A stretch of DNA of 64,000 nt, from positions 160,001 to 224,000 of the forward strand of contig OY843768.1 of the NCBI GenBank assembly GCA_963693095.2. The letters are read 5' to 3'. This stretch comes from Cenarchaeum sp. (GTDB taxonomy: Archaea; Thermoproteota; Nitrososphaeria; Nitrososphaerales; Nitrosopumilaceae). The position numbers and the translations under genes were made by a program. Under the pieces are notes generated by a model. The model saw only the letters and a program-made list of their open reading frames with translations. It ran no database searches and was not told the DNA's origin. This document shows, piece after piece, positions 38,301-48,484 of the stretch. The first letter of the stretch is position 1. Every line of letters begins with the position of its first letter.

Positions 38301-39121
38301 GCCCGCGCAAAGCGCGCCGAGGCGACAGTTGCTGCCGCAATGGAGACTGCGAGCACGACCATGACCACGGCGCCGAACTCGGGTATCACGCACGTTCCGA
38401 CGACCTCTATTCTCCGCTCGCCCTCAAAAAAGCCCACGCTAAACGTGTTGGCCGACTCGCCGCGCTCGACGGTGTATCCGGCCGGCTCGTCGACCTGCCT
38501 GCCGTCAACTAGGACGATAAAGCCCTCGTCGCTGCCCTCGCATCCGGACGACCTTGCGTCAAAGTATGACCTGCTAGCCGTGAACGATATGTTCCCGTCA
38601 GAGACGGGGTTGACATAGACTGTGAGGCCCAGTGCCTCGCGGCTGATCGCCATGTCCGTGACAGTCCCGCCGGATATCGTGTACGCTATGCTGCCCTCCT
38701 CGCCGTCGCCAATGTCGACTGTGGATGTGCCCTCGACGGTCTCCGGACCGACCTCGACTGGCTCGAGGCTCAGCTCAAATGACTGCCGTGCCGTGACGCC
38801 CTCCTTGTACGATGCCTGGACGCTGTACTGACCCTCCTCCCAGACGTCGCCGTCGGTGTTGATTATTGTCGCAAACGACCCGTCGCGCGAGACGTCGAGC
38901 TGGTCGACTGCTATGACGTTGCTGCCCCACTTTACCTGGAGCGTTACGGGTATGTCCCCCACGCGCGGCTCGACGTTGCCTGATATGACGATCTTGTCCC
39001 CACGCTCATAGACGGCATCGAGCTCGACTACGGTGATGGTCTGGGCCGCTGCAGGAACGGCCATCGAGAGGGCCGCGATTGAGACAATGATTGCGAGATT
39101 TCTCACGCTGGCCATGGCCAT
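38297..39121 (-). CDS. Secreted PEFG-CTERM surface protein
   Basis: Signal peptide; C-terminal IPEFG, TM helix and basic tail. Confidence 0.85.
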   Translation of the reverse strand: MAMASVRNLAIIVSIAALSMAVPAAAQTITVVELDAVYERGDKIVISGNVEPRVGDIPVTLQVKWGSNVIAVDQLDVSRDGSFATIINTDGDVWEEGQYSVQASYKEGVTARQSFELSLEPVEVGPETVEGTSTVDIGDGEEGSIAYTISGGTVTDMAISREALGLTVYVNPVSDGNISFTASRSYFDARSSGCEGSDEGFIVLVDGRQVDEPAGYTVERGESANTFSVGFFEGERRIEVVGTCVIPEFGAVVMVVLAVSIAAATVASARFARA

Positions 39122-39133
39122 GCGCGCAACGTC

Positions 39134-40000
39134 CTAGTATTTTGGCATTATGCCGATGCGGCCCCTGCTTGAGGCCACAACCACGGCGATCACTGCCAAA
39201 ACAAGAACCATCGCGGTGAGGGCGCCAAACTCGGGCACGACACACGCGCCGATGATCTCCACGCTGCTCGCGCCCGCAAAGAGGCTTACTGTGAGGCTGT
39301 CGCCGACCAGGCTGATGTCATCCCACTCTTGGCCGTCGACTAGGACGATATAGTTCGTGTCGCCACACGCCATCTTGTTGGGGAATATCGTCAGTGCGCC
39401 GGGCTCTGTTGCGTCAACGTTGAGTAGGAGTGCCGTTCCGCCGCCCTCGCCGGCATACATTGCCGACGCGCCAGTCACGCTTCCGCCGCTCATCGTGTAC
39501 TGCACACAGTCCGCGCCCACGCTGAGCTCGCCGGCGGCGCACTCTTGTGACATTCTCTCGGGCTCCATCATCTGCTCGTCCCTGACGGGGTTTGTTATCC
39601 CGCTGCCGGTGAGGTCGACATGAACCTTGTTGCTTGCGCCCTGGCCGACGCCATACTGGACCTTTATCGTGTAGCGGCCGTCATAGTTCCACAGGTTGCC
39701 CCCCGTGTTGATCGTCGTTGCGTACGTGTTCGTTGCGGGGTCGACGTCTAGCTGCTGGAGGTTGACGCGGTTTCCCTGCGGGCTGATGACGATTAGCGTG
39801 ACGGGCGTTCCGGGCTTGTATGTCTTTACTCCACCATTGACCTCTATGGTCGAGCTGTGGCTGTACTCTTGGGCATCGGTGTGAACGGTGATTGGTATGA
39901 TGACTGGCTCGAGGATGCCGCTCTGGGCCTGGACGGGGTGCGCGCCGATGAGCGAGGCGGCCGCCACTGCCATGAAGATATATGCGACTCTGCGATCCAT
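39134..40000 (-). CDS. Secreted PEFG-CTERM surface protein (paralog of 38297-39121)
   Basis: Signal peptide, VPEFG and TM helix; shared QLDV...T.INT.G..W..G.Y and VLVDG motifs. Confidence 0.85.
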   Translation of the reverse strand: MDRRVAYIFMAVAAASLIGAHPVQAQSGILEPVIIPITVHTDAQEYSHSSTIEVNGGVKTYKPGTPVTLIVISPQGNRVNLQQLDVDPATNTYATTINTGGNLWNYDGRYTIKVQYGVGQGASNKVHVDLTGSGITNPVRDEQMMEPERMSQECAAGELSVGADCVQYTMSGGSVTGASAMYAGEGGGTALLLNVDATEPGALTIFPNKMACGDTNYIVLVDGQEWDDISLVGDSLTVSLFAGASSVEIIGACVVPEFGALTAMVLVLAVIAVVVASSRGRIGIMPKY

Positions 40001-40138
40001 CAGGGCAAGCGCCCACCTATGGCTATTTATGTATATTTGATTGGCGTGGGCAGCCCACGCGGGGACTAGCCTTGCGGGCTCACGCACAGCCTCCCCTGCG
40101 CCAAAGGGCGCCAGTCAGGCTAAAAAGTTAGAGTGTGG

Positions 40139-40714
40139 TCAGATTACCTGCCACGGGCGCGTTGCGAACGTTATCACATAGCCCACGCCGATGATTATCG
40201 ACTGGTATGCGATGTTCGTGTACGGTATGGCCTTTATGATGTGCTCGCCGTCTACTATGACGGTCTGCCCCGGCCCGAGCCCCGGACCCACGCTGGCCAC
40301 GTTGAGCTGCGTGTGTACGTGGTATGCGCCTGGCTCGAGTGCCATTGCGCATATCTGGTACGGCAGTATCTCGTTGCCTCCTAGGTCAAAGACGTTGCCA
40401 GGAGGATCCCTTGAGAGGATCTCCCACCTGTTTCCAGCGTTCGTCGACTCTGCGAATATGGATATCCAGCCACGCAGGTCCCTCTCCACGAGGCTGACGA
40501 GCTCGCCGCTAAGGCACAGTGTCTCGCCAGTCGTGAGGGACTGCCTGGTGAACTCCTCGTTGTCTATCTCCACAAAGCGGCTCTGGAGCTGCGCCTGCAC
40601 GCCATGCGCGTCTGCGGATGGCAGGACAAACTCAACCCAGTCAAAGCCGACAGTGCCGAGCGCTAGTATTGCGCCTAGCCCGAAGACGATTGCCTTGTTG
40701 CTGTTTGCGTTCAC
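40139..40714 (-). CDS. amoB: Ammonia monooxygenase subunit B
   Basis: ADAHGVQAQLQSRFV, NAGNRWE, YHVHTQLN, ATRPWQVI; GTG start below a CTATATAA box. Confidence 0.97.
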   Translation of the reverse strand: MNANSNKAIVFGLGAILALGTVGFDWVEFVLPSADAHGVQAQLQSRFVEIDNEEFTRQSLTTGETLCLSGELVSLVERDLRGWISIFAESTNAGNRWEILSRDPPGNVFDLGGNEILPYQICAMALEPGAYHVHTQLNVASVGPGLGPGQTVIVDGEHIIKAIPYTNIAYQSIIIGVGYVITFATRPWQVI

Positions 40715-40770
40715 GGTGCCCCGCGGCCATCGGGGCGCGTTATATAGTTTTCCGGCTCCAGGGCCGCCCC

Positions 40771-41280
40771 TCACGCCTGAGATGCCCCCTTCCTGGCTCC
40801 CTGATCGCAGTCCTCAGGGGCCCAGCGCCTCGTTTGGGCGCCAAACCGGTACCTGAGGGGGCCCCAGACCCGTCGGCCGGCGAGGTGGTGCGGCATCGTC
40901 TCGACGACATTGTCGATCTTTTCGAGCGAGTTGTCAAAGAGGCCCCTGTCAGCCGAGTCGACGACAAAGGAGACGGCCGGCTCGCCGCCAAAGTCGAGGT
41001 TGACTATGAGCGAGCCGGCACCGCCGCCGCGCCTCCTCTTCATCTCCCTGAGGAGGGCCTTGAGCCTCTCCCACCTCTTGAACCCAAACCACGCAAAGAA
41101 CTCGTCGCCAAACTCGACGGGAAGCGCGATGCGCATACGGCTCGTCTCATCGTCGGCCGGCCCGTCGAGCTCGGACTCGGAGAGCTCAAAGACTGCGCCC
41201 AGGCACTCGTGGGCGACTTCGACCTCCCAGGGCGAGATGCCGTAAAACTCGACGATTGCAGTAAGGCTGCCGCCTGCCAT
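40771..41280 (-). CDS. Conserved-type thaumarchaeal hypothetical protein
   Basis: YGISPWEVEV...LLREMKRRRG...SLEKID; backbone codon usage. Confidence 0.65.
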   Translation of the reverse strand: MAGGSLTAIVEFYGISPWEVEVAHECLGAVFELSESELDGPADDETSRMRIALPVEFGDEFFAWFGFKRWERLKALLREMKRRRGGGAGSLIVNLDFGGEPAVSFVVDSADRGLFDNSLEKIDNVVETMPHHLAGRRVWGPLRYRFGAQTRRWAPEDCDQGARKGASQA

Positions 41281-41326
41281 CAGGCGCCGCGCGCGCGGCG
41301 TTTTGTAAAAAGCCTTTGCCGGCACG

Positions 41327-42289
41327 CTAGGCGCGCAGCGCGTCTAGCATCGCCGTGACGTCAGTTATCGCCCGCCCGCCAGACTCCACTGCCTGCAGGG
41401 CCGGCGGGTTTTCGGCATAGTTGTGTATCTGGTCGCGTATGCGCCCGCTGTATGGCGTGACAGTCTCGTTGCGGTAAAAGACTCCCGTCGGTATGCGCTC
41501 GCCCCACTCTAGTGACCTTGCGAGGGCCTGGCTGAGCTTTGCGTTGAGCTCGGCGGCGTCGGCAAAGTGGACTATGGGGTCATAGTCGGTGTCCTCTAGC
41601 CTGTATATGCGCGAGTGGCGCTCCCCGCCATCGCCCTCTAGCCCCTCGCCGGCAAACCAGTCGCGCGTGTTGATGTCATTGTATGTCGGGCACGGAGAGA
41701 GGACATCGACGAACGCAAGGCCCTCGTGGCTTATTGCGGCCTTTATGATCTCCTTTAGGTGCGCAACGTCATACGAGTATGCGCGCGCGACGAACGTAAA
41801 GCCGCTAGTCACGGCAAGGCCGACGGGGTTTACGTTATAGTTGACATTTGGCGCGGCAAGGGACTTTGTCTTTGTTCCAAGCTTTAGCGTGGGTGACGCC
41901 TGACCCTTTGTGAGCCCATAGACGCCATTGTCAAATATGATATACGCCATGTTGACGTTTCTCCTTCCGGCGGCGACAAAGTGGCCAGCGCCGATGCCGA
42001 GGCCGTCGCCGTCACCGCCGACTGCGACTATTCTCATGTTTGGGTTTGCGAGCGCTGCGCCCTGCGCAAAGGGCAGGACGCGGCCGTGGAGCGTGTGGAT
42101 GCCGCTGACGTTGACAAAGTGCGCAGTCTTGCCCGAGCAGCCTATTCCGGAGAATATCGCCGCCTCGTGGCGCGCAATGTCCATCTCGGCCAGGGCCATC
42201 TGCACGGCGTTGAGTATGCCAAAGTCGCCGCATCCGGGGCACCAGTCGTTGTGGACGTCAGTCTTGTAGTCGGCAAGCCTAGGCGCCAT
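41327..42289 (-). CDS. korB: 2-oxoacid:ferredoxin oxidoreductase beta subunit
   Basis: WCPGCGDF, SGIGCS, GGDGD, DNGVYGLTKGQ. Confidence 0.93.
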   Translation of the reverse strand: MAPRLADYKTDVHNDWCPGCGDFGILNAVQMALAEMDIARHEAAIFSGIGCSGKTAHFVNVSGIHTLHGRVLPFAQGAALANPNMRIVAVGGDGDGLGIGAGHFVAAGRRNVNMAYIIFDNGVYGLTKGQASPTLKLGTKTKSLAAPNVNYNVNPVGLAVTSGFTFVARAYSYDVAHLKEIIKAAISHEGLAFVDVLSPCPTYNDINTRDWFAGEGLEGDGGERHSRIYRLEDTDYDPIVHFADAAELNAKLSQALARSLEWGERIPTGVFYRNETVTPYSGRIRDQIHNYAENPPALQAVESGGRAITDVTAMLDALRA

Positions 42290-44201
42290 AGTCTAGAACC
42301 TCCCTTTTTGATGCCGTGCCGCCGGCAACCCTACGAAGCGCGCCGGCGACCTCTGTGCTCGTCATCGCGCGCCCCGTGTACTTTAGCACATAGTGATCCG
42401 GCTCGTGCCCCATGTTCTGCCGGAAGAGCGCGCCAAGCTGCGCCGTATAGTTTGACTCTATGTCCACTATTGTCGTTGCGCCCTCGAGGAGGTGCCTCAC
42501 ATAGTCGGCCGGAAACGGGTGGAGCATCTTTACCTGCACAAACCTGATGCGCGGTCCGCCGCCGGCCTGAACCTCGGCTATCGCGTCAAGTATTGGCCCC
42601 TTCGTCGATCCCCACCCGATGACTGCAATGTCGCCCTCGCCGTGCAGGACCGCCTGCTCGCCGTCAGGTATGGCGCGCAGCGCGAGGCTCTCCCTGGAGA
42701 GCCTCTTGCGCATCATCTCCGAGCGCATGACGGGGTCCTCGGTTATGTGGCCCACCTCGTCATGCTCATCGCCCGTGCACCAAAACTCGCCGTTCTCGAC
42801 GCCAAGGCGCGCGCGCTCTGACACGCCGTCCCCGCCGAGGGCAAACCTGCGATAGTCCCCCTCCATCTTGCCCGTGACAAGCTTGCCGCGGTCTATGGAT
42901 ATCCTGCCGGCATCAAAGCGCGCACAGGTCAGGACGGTGCTTGCCAGGTACTTGTCCATCATGTGTATGACGGGAACCTGGTAAACGTCCGCATAGTTAA
43001 AGCAGCGCGCCGTGTCGTAAAAGCTCTCCTCGACGTCGCCAGACGCATACACGATCCTCGGAAACTCGCCGTGGCCCGCATGGACCGCAAAGAGGAGGTC
43101 GTCCTGGCCGTGGCGCGTCGGCAGTCCGGTTGCCGGACCGCTCCGCTGGTAGAGCGTGATGACTAGGGGAACCTCGTTGATTCCTGCCCAGCCGAGGCAC
43201 TCGGCCATTAGCGAAAAGCCGGGTCCGGACGTGCATGTCGAGGATCGCGTGCCGGCGATCGCGCTCCCTATGGCCATGCCTATGGCGCTCAGCTCGTCCT
43301 CGCACTGGACCACGAGCGTCGAGCCGGGCCTGTGCCCGCTGACCTCAAGTGAGGGGTGGGACTCGAGATAGACGCTCTCATCGGATGCCGGCGTTATCGG
43401 ATAGTACGACTGGAAGCGGCACCCTGCGGCGATCTTGCCGATCGCCGTGCCGTGATACCCCTGCGCGAGAATCGTGCCATCCGGCGTCGCGCCACACGGT
43501 CCGAGGACGGCGCGCGCGCCGCCGAACTCGGCATCAGCTGACGCGTATGCGCGAGACGCTGCCATCTCGTTGAGCTCGGCTATTGCCGGCTTTGCGGCAA
43601 ACGCGTGCCGCACGGCCTCGCGTGTGCGCTCCTCGGGAACGCCGAGGGCCTTCATAGAGAGGGTCGCGCCGATGACGTTGAACATGCGCGTCATGCCGCG
43701 CAGCTTTGGGTTGCCTGCCGACTCGGCAAGTGACGCCAGTATTGACCGGAACGAGACTGCATGCGCTGCGACTCCGGCCTCGCGCGCCGCGCTGACTGCG
43801 CCCTCGACTCCGGCAGCACGGCCTGCGCCCTCGAGTGCGGCCCGCGCGCGCGCCGCATAGTGCTCATCCATCGTGCGAACGTCGTCGATCGACGCCTTTT
43901 CCATCGCCGAGTCGTAGATTATCGTGCCGCCGTCCCGAATGTCCGTATAGTGGCGCAGGAGCGTCTCGGCGTCATATGCGACCATGATATCCGCACCGCT
44001 GACATTGGAGTGTATCTCCTCACTAGATACCCTGACTACAAAATAGCTGTGCTCGCCCTTTATGTTGGAATAGAACTCGCGCTTGCCAAACACGTGATAC
44101 CCCATCGACGCGCACGCGCCGGCAAATATTCCGGCTGCTGACTCTACGCCGCTCCCCTGTGGACCGCCGACTAGCCATGACACGTCAACTCTATCCCCCA
44201 T
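42279..44201 (-). CDS. korA: 2-oxoacid:ferredoxin oxidoreductase alpha subunit
   Basis: GGPQGSG, YYPITPAS, EDELSA, TSGPGFSLM, RSGPATGLPT. Confidence 0.93.
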   Translation of the reverse strand: MGDRVDVSWLVGGPQGSGVESAAGIFAGACASMGYHVFGKREFYSNIKGEHSYFVVRVSSEEIHSNVSGADIMVAYDAETLLRHYTDIRDGGTIIYDSAMEKASIDDVRTMDEHYAARARAALEGAGRAAGVEGAVSAAREAGVAAHAVSFRSILASLAESAGNPKLRGMTRMFNVIGATLSMKALGVPEERTREAVRHAFAAKPAIAELNEMAASRAYASADAEFGGARAVLGPCGATPDGTILAQGYHGTAIGKIAAGCRFQSYYPITPASDESVYLESHPSLEVSGHRPGSTLVVQCEDELSAIGMAIGSAIAGTRSSTCTSGPGFSLMAECLGWAGINEVPLVITLYQRSGPATGLPTRHGQDDLLFAVHAGHGEFPRIVYASGDVEESFYDTARCFNYADVYQVPVIHMMDKYLASTVLTCARFDAGRISIDRGKLVTGKMEGDYRRFALGGDGVSERARLGVENGEFWCTGDEHDEVGHITEDPVMRSEMMRKRLSRESLALRAIPDGEQAVLHGEGDIAVIGWGSTKGPILDAIAEVQAGGGPRIRFVQVKMLHPFPADYVRHLLEGATTIVDIESNYTAQLGALFRQNMGHEPDHYVLKYTGRAMTSTEVAGALRRVAGGTASKREVLDYGA

Positions 44202-44203
44202 GC

Positions 44204-44341
44204 CTAGCCGCCTCCAGTCGCCGAGTCAAAGAGCGCACACTCGCACGCGTCACGCTCGCCGCAAAACTCGCAGACGCACTTGCACGCGCTGAGCAGCTCC
44301 CCGCACGTGACGCAGCACGCATAGTCCTCCTTTTCTGCCAT
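44204..44341 (-). CDS. Small Cys-rich (9 Cys in 45 aa) metal-binding protein
   Basis: CCVTC..CKCVCEFC..CEC; TTTTATA box upstream; stop 2 nt before the korA ATG. Confidence 0.7.
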   Translation of the reverse strand: MAEKEDYACCVTCGELLSACKCVCEFCGERDACECALFDSATGGG

Positions 44342-44948
44342 CGACGCGCGCGCGTGGGACACGTTTGTATAAAAGTGCTTGAGTTGCGTGTTGGGAATAT
44401 GCCCTGCATTTGACCACGTGTGTTGCGGGCCTGCCAAGTCTGCGGTGTGATGGAAACTGGCTCCATTTTTGTGGATCACGTCCGCCTTTCCGAATCCGCA
44501 GGACGCTCGCTAGTGCGGGCATGTTGATGAACTCGACGTTCTTGCCGGGTTGCCCGTTAGGGACCACGGGTGTGGCACTAGGCGTCCTGTTGTCGAACGC
44601 TATGCAGCCAATGTGCTGTGTGTGTGTGTACGCGGTGCGGACTAGCGCGGTGTGTCGTGTGCTTGATGGATGCAGATTCAACGAGGTGCATGTTCGCCTT
44701 CTCTGCGTGACGTGATCGGGCAACGGGTTTATATTGATGTGGGAATTAACAATTATATATTGACGCGCATCCCCGCCTGTTGATGACTGACAGCGAGACA
44801 AAGACGACAATCTTTAGCAATCACAATCATGATAACTTCATACCGGTGGCTACTGCAGAACCACAGCTATCTGGCACCACCAAAACTAACATACCTGTTC
44901 ATCCCTCCATTACACAATCTAGCCAGCCTCGTGGTAAGGTGATACGTA

Positions 44949-45419
44949 TTGCGGGAGATTCCGAGTAAACCTGACAGCTCTGTGTCGCTCGGCTTTGAGG
45001 TGCTCAAAGAACCGTGGAACAAATGCCAACTATCCGACGGTTCCACACTTCGAATACGCAATGTGCTTAACACCGTCCGTCGTTATATGGAAAGAAACGT
45101 TCCAACATATGCGCCGTCTGCGGCATGCTCAATTAACATAATGTGCGCACCATCGTTAAGAGGCGTCCCGACTGACCATATTCCAGATCACGACACTCAG
45201 CTACGCTCCATAGAGCAAGCCGAGGTGGTATTTAATACGCTGTCTAATGACAACAATGACTATATCTTAAGCGATGACACTCGAATAAAGCTTCATCTTA
45301 ACTTGATAGAAATATCAAGAACAACACTGTATGACACTTTCGGCGATCGAGTTTACTTTATCAACCATTCCACGTTTCAAAGTATTAAATTGGCACCACA
45401 ATACCAGACCCAACAATAA
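44949..45419 (+). CDS. AT-rich hypothetical protein with two tandem copies of a small domain
   Basis: FEVLKEPWNKCQLSDGSTLRI versus FNTLSNDNNDYILSDDTRIKL; start uncertain. Confidence 0.6.
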   Translation: MREIPSKPDSSVSLGFEVLKEPWNKCQLSDGSTLRIRNVLNTVRRYMERNVPTYAPSAACSINIMCAPSLRGVPTDHIPDHDTQLRSIEQAEVVFNTLSNDNNDYILSDDTRIKLHLNLIEISRTTLYDTFGDRVYFINHSTFQSIKLAPQYQTQQ

Positions 45420-45698
45420 TCAATTCTATCCACTCGTGTGTTATTCTGTAAAGGCGCACAAATCAACAGTCATGCTTTGACGCTTATCGCTCCTAGTTTT
45501 GTGGATATCTGTGGATGAAATGATCACCTCTGCCCTGTCAGTCATATGCGCAGACTGTATACGCGCAAAATCCCCTGCGTTGCCCATGTTCTCATTTGAG
45601 TGATCACGCATATGCAGTTGCGTCACACAATCCAGGAACGTTTGCAAAACTTGACTAGGCAAACTTTGGCCCGTGTGGGCTTTGGAATCCCCGCACGC

Positions 45699-46010
45699 TC
45701 ACATCATGCCGGCCTCGTGCATCGCCGTCGCATAGTCGCACTCGGCCCCCATGCGAAGGTACGGGATGAGGCGATAGTGTATCGAGTAGAGGTTGCCCTC
45801 GCGGAACAGGACTCCCTTTTGGGCCAGCGAGGCCAGGCCGCGAGCGGCCATGTGGACCTCGTCCCCGCTGCACTCCGCTGCCCGCCTCTTTTGGTACTGG
45901 GCCAGCGTAAAGGACGGCTCGCCGAGCTCGAGTATGAGGGGCCATATGACGCGGGTCCACACGAGCCTCCGCCGCTCGGTCGCCAGCGCGTACTTGCCCT
46001 TGCCACTCAT
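45699..46010 (-). CDS. Small hypothetical protein (possible winged helix)
   Basis: 103 aa, RGLASL.QKG.L...YSIHYRLIPY; backbone composition. Confidence 0.65.
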   Translation of the reverse strand: MSGKGKYALATERRRLVWTRVIWPLILELGEPSFTLAQYQKRRAAECSGDEVHMAARGLASLAQKGVLFREGNLYSIHYRLIPYLRMGAECDYATAMHEAGMM

Positions 46011-46041
46011 GCCATTAGCGTTATAATGTCCGCTACTATAT

Positions 46042-46764
46042 TTGGTTCACGTGTCCTCGCAGGAGGAGGTGCGCGAGTCCCTCGACGCCCTCATCAAGAT
46101 GGGGTGGGAAGTCGACCCAGCCATACGGGACCTCACGCTCGGCCGGGCGACTGCAGTCTCTGACCGGACCGTGAGGGTCGGCTCGGTGACGTACCACATA
46201 CCATACCTCGAGTCAGTCTCGCGCCACGTCCTCTGGAAGTGCCACTGGCCTGACTGCACCAACTGCTGCGAGCGCCAGGGCCGCCTCCCGCTCACGTCTG
46301 ATGACCTCATCACGATAGGGAGCGGCATGAAGTACGCGCGCGTCTCCGAGTTTGTCGCCGCCGAGACGCTCATCAGCACGTGGGGCGCGCAGGGCCCGTC
46401 AGGCTCCTCCTCGGCGACCATGACTAGCATCAACCTAAAGCGGTCTGCCGGCGAGACGGCCGCGCAGGACGGCACGCGCATACCGTGCCGCTTTCTTGGC
46501 AGTGATAGCGCATGCACGCTCCATCCTGGGCGGCCCGGCGTGTGCTATCTCTATCCGTTCACGACATGGCTAGAGAGCAACCATGGCGTGCCGCAGGTTC
46601 ATGCGACATTCCAGTTCACGGGGGACTGTCCGGGATTCTACCTTGCCGAGTCCATTGATGACATGCGCGCCACGCTTGAGGAGTATGCAGGAATCATCCA
46701 CGGGTACAACATGGCATACGCGCGCACGCAGCGCGAGGGCTATGCGTCCTCGGCGATGGACTAG
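46042..46764 (+). CDS. YkgJ-family cysteine-cluster protein
   Basis: C..PDC..CC, CRFL, C..HPGRP..C..YPF, CPG. Confidence 0.8.
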   Translation: MVHVSSQEEVRESLDALIKMGWEVDPAIRDLTLGRATAVSDRTVRVGSVTYHIPYLESVSRHVLWKCHWPDCTNCCERQGRLPLTSDDLITIGSGMKYARVSEFVAAETLISTWGAQGPSGSSSATMTSINLKRSAGETAAQDGTRIPCRFLGSDSACTLHPGRPGVCYLYPFTTWLESNHGVPQVHATFQFTGDCPGFYLAESIDDMRATLEEYAGIIHGYNMAYARTQREGYASSAMD

Positions 46765-47771
46765 GCGCGTGCGACCTTTATGAGGTTGCGCATCTCTATG
46801 TCCATTCCAAACCGCGCCTCGTTCTTTTTCATATAGCGGTATATCGAGAGCATGTCAAGTCCCTGCCTTAGCATGCTAAACCTGCCCATTAGCTTTGCGT
46901 GTACAAACCTGAAGACCTTTGCGTACACCTCAAAGTGCTCGCGAACCTCGCGCTCGTATGCTGGCACGTTGCCAATGTTCCTGGTAAATATGTCCGCGCA
47001 GACCATGCTCGGTATTATGCCCTCGCCGAGCAGCGGGAACACCGTGCCGATCGACTCGCCAACGCCGACAACCTTGCCGTCGCTGTACGGCATGCACATG
47101 TTCGGAGTCGCCAGCCTTATTGGGCGGCCGACAGTCTTTGTTATCTTGCCGCCGTGCCTCTTCATAAACTCGCCTGTCTCCCTGACGTGCGCCTTTTGAT
47201 AGTCGCCGGCCCCAATGTGCGCCGAGTTCTTTCCTAGCGGAAAGTACCAGAAATACCCCGACATCCCGCGAAACGGCCTAATGTAAAAGTCATCAAAGGG
47301 CACGCCGTTCTCGTACTCGACCTTGTGCTCGTATGTCGGCAGGTAAAAGTCGTTCTTGATCTTTGGGAGGTATGACCTGTGAAACCCCGTGCAGTCGACT
47401 ATAACGTCAAAGTCGCGCTCTAGGTCGCTGCGCGTCGGTGCTGCCCCGTAGCGTATCTCGCAGCCGTCGACGAGGTCGCGTATGAGGCCGATCTTGTCAT
47501 ACGTGCACAGCCCGTCGAGGCCTATGTGGAACTTTTCCTGGCCGTCGACCTCTACGTGCATCCTCCTTCCGTCATGCGTGACATACTTTGCAAAGTCCAC
47601 GCCCGAGAGCGCGCAGAGCTCCTCCATCTTTGGCCTGCACGTGCCCCACGCGCATATCGAGTCATGCCTGTCTGCGCGCATCCGCTCAAAGCCGACGACC
47701 TCGTGCTCGCGCTTTAGCCTCGAGGCAAGATAGCTTCCCGCAACGCCAATGCCGGCTATTGCGACCCTCAT
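46761..47771 (-). CDS. FAD-dependent oxidoreductase, geranylgeranyl reductase family
   Basis: AGIGVAG, GYFWYFP, GESIG.V.PL.GEGI. Confidence 0.82.
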   Translation of the reverse strand: MRVAIAGIGVAGSYLASRLKREHEVVGFERMRADRHDSICAWGTCRPKMEELCALSGVDFAKYVTHDGRRMHVEVDGQEKFHIGLDGLCTYDKIGLIRDLVDGCEIRYGAAPTRSDLERDFDVIVDCTGFHRSYLPKIKNDFYLPTYEHKVEYENGVPFDDFYIRPFRGMSGYFWYFPLGKNSAHIGAGDYQKAHVRETGEFMKRHGGKITKTVGRPIRLATPNMCMPYSDGKVVGVGESIGTVFPLLGEGIIPSMVCADIFTRNIGNVPAYEREVREHFEVYAKVFRFVHAKLMGRFSMLRQGLDMLSIYRYMKKNEARFGMDIEMRNLIKVARA

Positions 47772-47856
47772 GGGTGGGGCACGCCGGGCTCCTTGTAATA
47801 ACCTGTGCGCTGCTGCGCGCCTAGAGATATTAAGGGGTTTTCGCGCCTCGTGCGCA

Positions 47857-48306
47857 ATGCGCTCACACGTGCTGCAGGAGAGGCAATGGACACGCATGTG
47901 GCGGGAGAACTCGCCTGACCTGCGTGAGCGCGTCGTAAAGTGGCGCCGCGAGAACGCAGTCACTAGGATCGCGCGGCCCACGCGCCTGCAGAGGGCACGG
48001 CGCCTCGGGTACCGCGCAAAGCAGGGAATCGCAGTTGTCCGCATGCGAGTGGGCACCGGCGGCATGCGCAGGCAGCGCCCGCGCGGCGGCCGTAGGCCAA
48101 AGCACCTCGGCGTGACGAGGATAAAGGGTGATGACAGCCTAAAGACAGTGGCGCAGAGGCGCGTCCTTGAGCGCTTTCCAAACATGCTTCTCCTCGGATC
48201 GTACTTTGTCTACCGCGACGGCATACACTGCTGGTATGAGGTCATACTCGTGGATCCCGAGCACCCGAGAATATCTGGCGATCGCGAGCTCGCCGACCGC
48301 ATATAG
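47857..48306 (+). CDS. rpl15e: 50S ribosomal protein L15e
   Basis: PTRL.RAR.LGY.AKQG, GRRPK, LLGSY, YEVILVDP. Confidence 0.95.
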   Translation: MRSHVLQERQWTRMWRENSPDLRERVVKWRRENAVTRIARPTRLQRARRLGYRAKQGIAVVRMRVGTGGMRRQRPRGGRRPKHLGVTRIKGDDSLKTVAQRRVLERFPNMLLLGSYFVYRDGIHCWYEVILVDPEHPRISGDRELADRI

Positions 48307-48484
48307 CGCAGCGCGCGCCTCCCGCGGGGTGCCGGCATGATATCATTGATCTGGATTCTGGCCATTCCGGCCTGCCATGCATGTGGCGCAAGTCCGCCCT
48401 GCGTGCCTTTACGGGTCGCACGTGCGCCTAGCTAGAGCTAAAAAACCGACTGCTATTTAACGCGCCACGTCCTGCGACGATCGC

